From Eledone cirrhosa (lineage: Eukaryota), in the NCBI GenBank assembly GCA_964016885.1, contig OZ024760.1:14508001-14572000 (forward strand): a stretch of 64,000 nt of DNA, given 5' to 3'. The translations under genes and the position numbers were made by a program. Shown here piece after piece: positions 51,725-64,000 of this stretch; position 1 is the stretch's first letter, and every line of letters starts with the position of its first letter. The notes beneath the pieces were generated by a model, which saw nothing but the letters and a program-made list of their open reading frames with translations, was not told where the DNA came from and made no database searches.

Positions 51725-53076
51725 CTTGTGTGTCACGATGATGATGATGATGATGATAGATGAACAAATATATGGACAAATGGATTATATTGAATAACCG
51801 AAAGCAGTATAAAAGACATCGTAAAGACATTGAAACAGGAACCGGTTCTGTGAAAACCTTTAAGTTTGTTGTTGTTGTTGTTGTTTTCGTCCTAGCGACG
51901 TTTAATAGAAAAATGGAAATATAGTGGAGTGTTTAGCAAACAATAATGGTTTCTTATATAGGCACAAGGCCAGAAATCTTTGGGGAGGGGAAAGTCGATT
52001 AAATCGACCCCAGTGCGTGACTGGTACTTTATTTATCGACCCCGTAAGGATGAAAGGCAAAGTTAACCTCAGCGGGATTTGAACTCAGATCATAAAGGGC
52101 CATAACTATTTGCATTAATTGTTTCTACTTTTGGCACAAGGCCAGCAATTTCCCAGTACATTACTGGTACTTTATTTTATCGACCTCTGTATGGATGAAA
52201 GGCAAAGTTAACTATTTGCAATAATGCTGTTGATTAACTTGGACAGTATTGAAAAAAGTGGATTGGCAGTATCATTAGAGTGTCAGACACCATGCTTTAC
52301 AGCATAGAGCTATGGCCCTTTACGTTCTGGGTTAACTTTGCCTTTCATCTTTACGGGGGTTGATAAAATAAAGTACCAGTCATGCATTGGGATCGATTTA
52401 ATCGACTTTCCCCTCCCCCAAAATTACTGGCCTTGTAATTATTATTATTATTATTGCAGATCTAGCTGCAATACGAAAGACGATCTGAAGGCCAGGATCA
52501 CAAGTACCTTTAGGGGCCTAAGTCGGGGTACAGCGACGAAGGCCTGTAGCCGGTTCCGAGGCCGTCATCAAAGCCAATGGCGGGTTTATCGAGTTAGATC
52601 GAAAGAACAAGTCATGAAGACAAACTGACCCAAGTTTGATAAATAAATCTTAAAAAATAAAACTAATGTGTTATTTTTTCCTAGACAGTAATCTTGCGAA
52701 CAAATATCGTCCGCACCCTGTATATATATATATATATTTATCATTTCATTTCATTTTACATCCACTTTTCCCTGCTTGCAAGGGTGGGACGGGAACTGAT
52801 TCTGGCTTGATTTCTACAGCTGGATGCCCTTCCTAACACCAACCTCATTTACAGTGAGTGCTGGGTGCTTTTTTGCCGTGGCACCTCCACGACCACTTTG
52901 CAGTGGAATGATAGGAACCCCAGTCCCTATCATCTCATTTCTACAGCTGAGTAAACTGGAGCAATGTGAAATAAAGTGCCTTGCTCAAGGAAACAACACA
53001 CCACCCGGTTTGAGAATTGAACTCCCAACCTTTCGATTGCAAAGCCAATGCTCTAACCACTAAGCCATGTGCCTCC

Positions 53077-53140
<64 letters not shown>

Positions 53141-53886
53141 ATGAAATGCTAAAGGATTAAACAATAATCTAAATAAAATGTCCAACTGAAGGATATAATA
53201 GGTTGCCAGATGTGATAACTGAACACAAAAGATTGTAATAATGAGAGTTGGAGTGGGCAGAATAAGGACCAACAAAATGGTTTCAAACAGGATATTACTT
53301 GCCTAATTATTAACATCCTGTAATGATTTAGCAGAAAATATCTACAAACAGGTTTATCAAATCACATAGTTCTATCATGTTTACTGGTGGACAGGTTGTC
53401 GTGAACATTTTCAGTATTAAAATAAAGACTTCAATATTTAATGTGATGCAATTATAGAACTGTTTTGTACTTTTCAAGAATGTTTCTTTAATATGTTTTC
53501 ATATGGTTAATTAATTAAAACGTTTACAGGTCGACAAATTTTAGTGATAATATGAAATCTATGAAATTTTGATATTATTTATTTTGAGAACAATACCTTA
53601 ACATCAGTATGAGCAGCTGGCCGGATATGGCCGGATATGGCCGGATATGGCCGGTTTAAATACTAAAGGGTTAATATGTTACATTTGTATATATATATAT
53701 ATAAATAATTACAACAGTGACATAAACAGGTGCTCAAGTTTCTCATGACAGGTTGAATGAATTGGGTCCCAGAACCCAACGAAACTTGAGGACCTGTTTA
53801 TGTCACTGTTGTAATTATTTATACTAAACTCATCCTATGGACTGAGTGCTCTTACTCTTGGACATTTCCACTTAACTTCTACTTCA

Positions 53887-53917
<31 letters not shown>

Positions 53918-54212
53918 TACGTGTATGTATGTATGTGTATCTATGTTCATGTATATCTGTGTGTGTGTGTGAGTATATGTGTGTGTGTGTATTTGTAAAC
54001 ATGTCAAAGCGTGTGTTTTAATTCCAGAATCCATTCTTTAAATATATTTTACATACCAAATCTTCAGCTTTGAAATGTTTACTAGTTTTGTTGTTGTTAC
54101 TGTTGGTATAATTTGTGTTGTTGTTCTTGCTGTTGTTGATCCTGTTGTTGATCCTGCTATTATTGCTGTTGTTTTTGCTACTGTTGTTGTTATTATTTTG
54201 ACTTCTAGATCC

Positions 54213-54306
<94 letters not shown>

Positions 54307-54359
54307 GGATCTAGCTGTCAAAACGGCCGGAGCTCGGCCATCAGGGTCCTGATTCTTTT

Positions 54360-54415
<56 letters not shown>

Positions 54416-54418
<3 letters not shown>

Positions 54419-56450
54419 TCATCATCATCATCATCATCATTTTATGACCGCCTTTCCCTGCTTGCAGGGTCCTATTCAGCACAGCATCTTTCCACTTGTC
54501 ATGGTCCTTCGTCATCTCCTCGGTGAGTTTCAGCGATCTGAGGTCTGCTCTCACCACCTCCGCCCATGTTTTTCGTGGACTACCTCTACCACGTCTTCCT
54601 TCTACTGGGATTTCTTAGCACTTCTTTACCCAGTGGTCATCCTCCATGCGCATCACATGTCCATACCATATCAGCCTTCTCTCCTGCACACCACAACTTA
54701 TCCCTCTTATACCCAGTTTCTTTCTCATCTCGACTATGCTTGGTTGTTCACGCACATTGACATTGCACATCCAATGGAGGATAGTTGCTTCATTTCTCTC
54801 TAGCCGTCGCATATCTTCTGCAGTTGCTGCCCATGTCTCACTGCCATGCAGCATCGCGCATCTCACACAGGCATCATATAACTGTCCTTTCGTATGCAGG
54901 GAGAAACCCTTCTTTGTCAACAGAGGAAGCAGCTCCCTAAACTTCTTCCAACCCGTCCTTATTCTAGATACTATGGCCTCGGAACCCTCCCCCCCCCTCC
55001 TATGCTAATCTGATCACCTAGGTACCAGAACCTACCAACCACTTCTATAGAACCCACCTGCATTGGAAAAATGTGTCTATCACTGCGATTACTACTGCCA
55101 ACTTTCCCTGTACATCTACTGCATACATAGTTTTCCCTACCTGTTAGTTTGCCTTCTATCCCACTATATCTCTTGTGTACCCAAGATCTGTGTTGCGTAC
55201 ATTTTATGGAATTTATGCCAGTTCCTTTCCTACATATCGAACATGGCCATTTCCCTGATGGAATCAGAGTATTGTCCTCTCTTCTTCTACTTATCAACAC
55301 TTCTGTTTTAGCTATGTTCACTCTCAGGCCTCTTGATTCCAACTGCTGTTTCCATAGCCAGAATTTTTTCTCTAGCTCCTCTACTGATTCTGCTATAAGA
55401 ACCAGATCATCAGCATAGAGAAGTTCCCAATGGGCATCCAGTCTTAAACTCCTCTGTTATGGCTTGGAGGACTATAATGAACAAGAGTGAGCTGAGTACC
55501 GAACCCTGATGTACACCTACTTGTATCTGGAATTCCTCACTAAACTCCATTCCTATTCTCACTTTACTGACAGCACCCCTGAACATAGCTTGCACTGTCC
55601 TCACAAGCCATTCCTCTACACCTAGTTTCCTTTGGGACCACCAGATGACAGATCGGGGTACTCTATCAAAGGCCTTCTCTAGGTCAACAAAAGCTAAATA
55701 TAGTGGCTTATTCTTCTCTAAGAACCTCTCTTGTATTTGACACCATCTGTCTGTCTCGCTGTCTAACTAGTAAGAAGTCAGTCTGGCTTATGTGCTCGCC
55801 TGATTTGTAGGTTATTAGGTGGTTGGTAGGCTTCTGGAAGTTAGTGTTGCAAATGGTTAGAGCATTTGCATCACAAAATTCAAGAAGCCTCACTCCTTCT
55901 TCATTTCTTGAGTCGTAACTGTGCCCACCATGTACCCCAGTGTATCCATCCTGGAGCTGTCCAACATGTCCATTGAAGTCCCCTGCTAGCATAACAATGT
56001 CTCTGTCTTCTGTCATTGAGGCTGTTTGTAAAAGTTGATCATAAAAGCAGCCTTTCTCTTCTTTACCTAGGCCTGCCTGGGGAGCATAGGCAGAGATGAT
56101 TGTCAGTAGTCTCTTGCCTACAACTAACCTAACCTTAATTATTCTATTACTAACTCTAACTATCTTTATTGTTTTATTAATCCATCTCTCAGCCAGTAAT
56201 ATTCCCACCCCACCTAACCCATCATCATTACCCACCCAGAAAAGCTTATAACTACAATGTTTGCCTGCGATTAGTCTCGCAGAGGCACCTCTTCATCTCA
56301 CCTCTTGCACGCAGCACACATCCACACGCCTTCTCTGCGACGTCCTGTTCTTTTTCCTGTTGTGCGATTGCTTGACGACTGACGGTCGTGAGGTTCTCAC
56401 ACATGGCCTCACTGGCTACCCCACTACTGTGCGCAGCCTTAACATGGTTA
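54416..56450 (-). mobile_element. RTE-clade LINE with APE endonuclease and RT remnants, internally deleted, (GAT)n tail
   Basis: GGVGILL, IISAYAPQ, GDFNGHVG, QTDFLLV (APE); VGVHQGSVLS, HGSETW (RT); catcatcat tail at 54416-54440. Confidence 0.92.
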
Positions 56451-56471
56451 GTGTTATTGCTGTTTACGCAG

Positions 56472-56504
<33 letters not shown>

Positions 56505-56871
56505 GGTATAAGGATTGGTGCTCTGAAATAGCGATGTATACATGAATGTATGTATTGTATATTTAGCAATATGCGGTTTACCCAATGAAAATTACTGTGG
56601 ACAGTAATGTACAGGTCATGTTCACAGGAAAACTTCTTGAGATTGGTGTTGTGGGGGGAGTATGTGGAAGCTGGGTTTTACCTCACAAAATGCTTGAGTT
56701 GCTTTTGTGTGGGTTTGTAAACAGAACTGATGCAGTTCTGTTTACATGCCAAAACAAAAGCAAGAATAAGGGGCTCATTCTACTGACATGGCTTTAAAAA
56801 TGAGACTGTTTGCATAATTGCAAACGAATCGATTATTATTATTAATATCAAATATTTAAGAACCCTAGAGC

Positions 56872-56940
<69 letters not shown>

Positions 56941-57038
56941 TATATTTACATATATATATATATATATATATGTATACATATATACATATATATATATATA
57001 TACATATATATATATCACATAAATATACATATATATAA

Positions 57039-57092
<54 letters not shown>

Positions 57093-57494
57093 TTCTTTTT
57101 TTTTTTACAACTGGAAGGTTGAAGGTTTTGAATTTCCCAGATTTCAGGTTCAAATGGAATTTAATTCTTTCAAAAACTTGAGTAAGTCTCAGATGGAACT
57201 AGGATGGCATTTCAGTAATAATTCATTACAAAATCATTCATTCACCTTGTTGTTACTTGGTTTCTAAAGGTTAACTGTTATTTTCAGGGCGGTGCTGGGT
57301 AGTGGGAAGACTGCTGACTTACCATTTCTCTCCTACTTCGACCTGATCTCCTTCCACTCTTCTCATATTCAGGAAATAGACAAGCAGAAATAAATTATCC
57401 ATTTTAGCCAATTAAAATAATTTCTTTTAAAACAAATTCTGATAAAGTGATTATGTTCTTGTTCTCTGGGGTATATATCTATCTGTCTCTGTCT

Positions 57495-57500
57495 ATATAA

Positions 57501-57554
<54 letters not shown>

Positions 57555-57796
57555 AATATATATATATATATATATGTGTGTGTATGTATATATATGTATA
57601 TGTATATGTATGTATGTGTATATTTGTATATATATATATGTATATATATATATAGAGAGAGAGAGATATATGTTTATATGTGTGTGTATGTATATGTATG
57701 TATCTATATGTGTGTGTGTGTATGTATGTGCATATATGTATATATGTGTGTACGTATATGTATGTTTCTGTATGTGTATATGTATGTATGTATGTA

Positions 57797-57887
<91 letters not shown>

Positions 57888-58034
57888 ATATATGTGTCTT
57901 TATGTGTTTGTGTGTACATATATCTATATATATGTATGTGTATGTATGTATGTATATGTATATATATATATATATGTATGTATATGTATGTGTATATATG
58001 TATGTGTGTATGTATGTGTTTGTATGTGTATGTG

Positions 58035-58077
<43 letters not shown>

Positions 58078-58152
58078 ATATATATATAAATATATATATA
58101 TGTGTATATATATGTATATGTGCGTATGTCTGTATGTGTTTATGTGTATATA

Positions 58153-58215
<63 letters not shown>

Positions 58216-58610
58216 ATGCCTCTCTCTCTCTATATATATATGTGTATGTGTGTGTGTATGCATGTATGTGTGAACGGATGTATATATACGGACATATGTA
58301 TATATGTGTGTGTGTGTACACGTGTGTGTGTGTGTGTATGTGTATATATGTATATTTAGTTATGTATCTTTATGTGTGTATATGTATGTATATGTATGTA
58401 TATATATATATATATATACCCATGTGGAGGTATGAGTACATATTCGTGTGTGTACGTATGTGTATATGTGTTTTTATATGTGTCTTTATATGTTTTTATG
58501 TATGTATGTGGATGTATATGTACATGGGTGTGTGATTGATGGTGTGTGCCTATATATTCCTACATATGCCCGTGTGTGTATGTACGTATATACGCACATA
58601 TGTGTGTGTT
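57495..58610. repeat. Compound (TA)n/(TG)n/(TATG)n microsatellite field (others at ~7835-8125, 36490-37055, 41885-42260, 50560-50890, 59320-60135)
   Basis: Direct inspection; source of the YIYI/HTHT pseudo-ORFs. Confidence 0.97.
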
Positions 58611-59199
58611 GAACAAAGGACTAATTTTGGGATGGCCGTAGAAAAATTCTTCAGAAAAAATAATTGTTTACAAGCTTGGCAGGTGCGGTTTGCCTATGAC
58701 CATTGTCGATACAAAGGAATACTAAAAGCTTTTTCCCCTGAATAAAGGAATTTTTCGAGAATGACCGGGGCAGGCCGCGCTTGCTACATTTCTCCCCACC
58801 CAACCCTACTCACTGTATCAACTCATTACTGCTATTAACATTTTTTCAACACACCTACACCCCTACACTTATTAAAGGGGGAGAAAAAAAAACCCACCAC
58901 ACCACAAACATGTTAAATCCCTATATATAGAACAACACACCACATACACATCAGTTTGACAAGCGCACCTCAGCGTGAAAGGTCTTTCTAAAAACGAAAC
59001 AATACCTCCTACGTTAACCAAGAACTCCTAAGACCTAACCAACAACCAACGACTTAATTTATAAAAAAAATAAAAAAATAAAAAATATTTTTAAGAAAAT
59101 TTTTTTCTAATCCGGAAAAAAATTCTTTTTGGATTTTGTGAAGAAAATAAATTTGTTGAAAGCACAAGTGAAGCCATTTTTTTCTTCCCCCCTGTCTTA

Positions 59200-59246
<47 letters not shown>

Positions 59247-59322
59247 CAAAAATATACTTATATATCCATGTGTGTATGTGTAAAGCTCAGTATTAGATAA
59301 GACAAATGAACCTTACATAAAC

Positions 59323-59356
<34 letters not shown>

Positions 59357-59363
59357 GTATATG

Positions 59364-59515
<152 letters not shown>

Positions 59516-59880
59516 AAACTCTGATATAACACCTGCAACTCTGATGGTATCCAATGATGTTGACTTGTTCTTCTTTTGGTAAATATCATCTTGGTTAAGA
59601 GAGTGGGACTGGCTTTGTGCAGTGCCTTTGCTCACTATAAAAGCTTCACGGCACAGGCATTGCTTTATATCTGGAGATCTCCCTGCACTTGCCGTCACAT
59701 GATACCATGGGCCCAGCACTAAGTGTCAATAATTGTCACAAGTGTAGTGTTTGTACCAGAGTTTTCAAGTCGCTGGCTGGACTAAAAAGTCACACTCGTT
59801 CAGCGCATCGGTAGGGGTTCTCCTACATGGATATAAAGTAGTGGCCGTACTCGAAAACGAGTTGGCAGCCACCATGTATG

Positions 59881-59913
<33 letters not shown>

Positions 59914-59942
59914 GTATGTATGTATATATATATATATGTATG

Positions 59943-59975
<33 letters not shown>

Positions 59976-60025
59976 ATATATATATGTATGTATATATATA
60001 TATATTTATATATATGTATGTATGT

Positions 60026-60099
<74 letters not shown>

Positions 60100-60104
60100 G
60101 TATG

Positions 60105-60138
<34 letters not shown>

Positions 60139-60860
60139 CTAGCAGAATGGCCCGGCGTTGCTCGGGTTCTAAACATAGATTGGCATGTTTATCCCTCCTT
60201 TCTGAAACAGTACAGAGAAGTACGGGATACCTCAGCCTGGGGATGGTATCTACATTTTGTGCTTGGTACATTACTGGTAGATTACCAGGGGTAGATTACC
60301 AGGGGTAGATTACCAGGGGTTTAACATTACCCTGGTAGATTTTACCAGGGGTTTAACTTAATTGGGTGCCTGAGAGTAAAATGTTCAACCCACGAAAGCC
60401 AAAACGATAGGGTTAAGTAAAAAGGCATTCGACAAACCAAACATGTATTTGTTGTGCTATGGTACAATGAAAGATATAGTTACAGAGCAGTAAGCATGTG
60501 GGACTGCAGTGGTGGAGAGCATGAAGGATTTTAGTTGGATATTTTTAAGGTTACAGACCCTAATGCAACTAAAATGCTAAACAATGCGGTCCCCAGGCAA
60601 AAATTTGAAATCTTTTTCAGTCAAAAAAATTTGTGAAATATAAGTAATGCATATGCAAAGTTTTTTAAAAATCGGTTTTTCTCCTAATGCAGTCCCTAGG
60701 ACAAAAAAAATGAGAAAATCTTTTTTGCTCAAAACACTTTCAACGACATAAGTAATGCAAATTTTGAAGAAATCGCCTGGATTATTGTTATGCCTCAAAA
60801 AAGCCTTTAAAGCCTAAAATATGCAGTTTTTCGCCTAATGCGGACATTCTCTGTTTTAGA
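60139..60860 (-). mobile_element. Non-autonomous Helitron-like element
   Basis: CTAG end with cccggcgttgctcggg hairpin; TC at the far end; internal 14-bp tandem ggtagattaccagg. Confidence 0.65.
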
Positions 60861-60900
60861 TATATACTAGCAGAATTCTGCTAGTATATATATATATGCA

Positions 60901-61235
60901 GGCACATGGCTTAGTGGTCAGAGCATTGGCCTTGCAATCGAAAGGTTGTGAGTTCAATTCTCAGACCGGGTGATGTGTTGTTTCCTTGAGCAAGACACTT
61001 TATTTCACATTGCTCCGGTTTACTCAGCTGTAGAAATGAGATGATAGGAGTGGGGTCCCTATCATTCCATTGCAAAGTGGTCATGGAGGTGCCACGGCAA
61101 AAAAAGCACCCAGCACTCACTGTAAATGAGGTTGGTGTTAGGAAGGGCATCCAGCTGTAGAAATCAAGCCAAAATCAGTTACCGTCCCACCCTTGCAAGC
61201 AGGGAAAAAGCGGACGTAAAATGAAATGATGATGA
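60901..61235 (+). mobile_element. tRNA-derived SINE with CORE-like centre and (GAT)n tail; near-identical copies on minus at ~52740-53076 and ~62250-62584
   Basis: A box tggcttagtgg, B box gagttcaattc, ccttgagcaagacact core, aggaagggcatccagctgtagaaa tail. Confidence 0.8.
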
Positions 61236-61329
61236 TATATATATATATATGTATATACGTATATATAATATATATATGTGTGTCTCGAGGTTCAATCTGT
61301 ATTGATCTAGCCCGACTCTGGAATCAAAA

Positions 61330-61730
<401 letters not shown>

Positions 61731-62749
61731 AATTCTGCTTTGTGCAATGCCATGGAATTCATTTTTATTAATTTAATTTTCCTAGTCATAGTTATTCTTG
61801 TTGTTGCTGTTGCTTGAAATTGAAATTACAAGCTAATGGGTGGAGCCCCAAATTTAAATGCTTTAAGGTGGACGCTGTTTTCACCCATCCCACCCATCCC
61901 ACCCATTTGCTCTGAACAAAATACATTAACATTCTCTAAGTTATCAGAACTGTAAAAAACACCTAAAAACAAAAAAATTACAACTAGTGATGTCCACGTG
62001 GATTGTGAGCTGTGTGTGTGTGTGTCTGTGTGTGTGCGGGTGTATGTGCGTGTGCGTGTGCGTGTGTGTGTGTATATATATATATATATATTGTTATACT
62101 TGGGGAGGGTTATATTGTTATAATATTGCCAGAAATAATAACAGAACACAATCACTGTTTGGTTTGGGTTAGTTTTCGCTTCTGAATCTTTTATAACTCT
62201 ATAGTTAATTTATTTGTGCGTGTGTGTGTGTATATGTATATATCTATATATCATCATTTCATTTTACGTCCGCTTTTCCCTGCTTGCAAGGGTGGGACGG
62301 GAACTGATTCTGGCTTGATTTCTACAGCTGGATGCCCTTCCTAACACCAACCTAATTTACAGTGAGTGCTGGGTGCCTTTGTGCCATGGCACCTCCACAA
62401 CCACTTTGCAGTGGAATGATATGGACCCCAGTCCCTATCATCTCATTTCTACAGCTGAGTAAACTGGAGCAATGTGAAATAAAGTGTCTTGCTCAAGGAA
62501 ACAACACATCACCCGGTCTGAGAATTGAACTCCCAACCTTTCGATTGCAAGCCCAATGCTCTAACCACTAAGCCATGTGCCTCCATTTGATATATGTCAT
62601 ATGAAATGATACAGCCAATTTTCCACACAATACAATTAGTTAGCACCCCGAACGTTTCATTAGGAATATACTCAGGTATTTCCTAATGTTTGTTGAGTGA
62701 GTTGGAATTTGGCCGGAGTATCGCTATTAGCTTTCTCCGATTATGTATT

Positions 62750-62784
<35 letters not shown>

Positions 62785-63813
62785 GTACTTATGTATATAT
62801 ATATATATGTACTTATGTATATATATTGCTTATTGATTAGGCGATATCCGCTGATGAAGCCGCATAAGTCGATTGTGCATTGTTGCATAATATATGCAGA
62901 CAGATGGTGCAGTGCACCTTACTGCTGCATTAAGTGCGGCCTAACTCGAGTCCTTATAGGCACCCATTTTACGTGTGTTGTATTGAAGCGAATAACTATG
63001 TGTATACTCTGGGAATGTATCTTACATTGCCTATTGAGTACGCTGAGATACAACCGGTCCTGGCATTGATAAATATGCTGGGTCCGTCAACTCCTTATTA
63101 TATCGGTAGAGAGTCGGACGCCATGCTTTGATGCATAGAGTTATGGCCCTTGCCATTCTGAGTTCAAATCCCGCCGAGGATTACTTTGGCTTTCATCCTT
63201 ACAGGGTCGATAAAATAAAGTACCAGTAATACACTGGGTATTTGCTGGCCTTGTGCCAAAAGTAGAAACAATTATATATATATATATATATAATCTATCT
63301 ATCTCTCTATATATATATATAATCTATCTATCTATATATATATATATATATAAATATATATATATAAAGAGAGAGAGATAGATGTGGTTGGTGTTAGAGT
63401 GGGCATCCAGCTATAGTAATCTAGCCAGAAACAGTTCTGTATGAGCAGGATACAGTCACATGACCCAACCTGCCACAAATGGAACAAGCCGTCTAACCCA
63501 TGCTAACCCATGGTGCTGATGATATATATGTATATATAATCTAGCCAGAAACAGTTCTATATGAGCAAGACACGGTCACCTGATCCAAGTTGCCTCTAAT
63601 GGGACAACCCATCTAACCCATGCTAGCATGGAAGATGGCTGTTATACAATGATGATGATGATTAATATATATATTCTGGCAGCCAGCTGGTGTCATTTAT
63701 ATTATAAATTTTCTTTTGGGCTTTCTCATATCATTTCACTCAACAAACACACTGACATATATTTTGACATTTATCTTAAAATAACTATATATGCAGAGAA
63801 TAGCATGTGTGTT

Positions 63814-63886
<73 letters not shown>

Positions 63887-64000
63887 TTGTGTATTTACAT
63901 ATATATATAAGCGTATAAATATATATATTATCATCATCGTTTTTACGTACACTTTTGCATGCTTATATATATATGTGTTGATTTAAAACTTCACTGCTCA

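Noticed and set aside
57320-57400. Possible upstream exon ending ATG|GTAAGT on the minus strand
   Set aside because: Splicing to the candidate acceptor at 49067 leaves that ATG out of frame with the CDS, and there is no independent support.
57493-58535. Long [12 protein letters not shown] ORFs here and throughout the window
   Set aside because: Translations of (TA)n, (TG)n and (CA)n microsatellites.
60901-60975. tRNA-like sequence with A and B boxes
   Set aside because: It is the head of a multi-copy SINE and runs on into core and tail, so it is not a tRNA gene.

Overview
AT-rich, microsatellite- and transposon-dense eukaryotic DNA. The SINE, RTE and (TA)n repertoire resembles an octopod cephalopod genome (inference). 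The window holds one complete 19-coding-exon gene on the minus strand (49030->15001). I reconstructed it by hand: all introns are GT-AG and phase-consistent, giving 3261 nt and 1086 aa. It encodes a Patched-related / PTCHD3-like sterol-sensing RND transporter with GIGIDD and GLVVDYSVH motifs and an unexpected 94-aa, 12-cysteine insertion in its second luminal domain. The last five exons of a ~99%-identical second copy lie on the plus strand (<1-6108), so the two copies sit tail-to-tail as an inverted pair about 8.9 kb apart. Their identity is patchy, they differ by copy-specific deletions, and their coding differences are mostly non-synonymous. The rest is RTE, CRE, R4/Dong and CR1-type LINE remnants, tRNA-SINEs, hAT, piggyBac, Tc1/pogo and Helitron non-autonomous elements, Penelope-type hammerhead relics, minisatellites and fold-back palindromes. 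Most ORFs in the supplied track are microsatellite artefacts.
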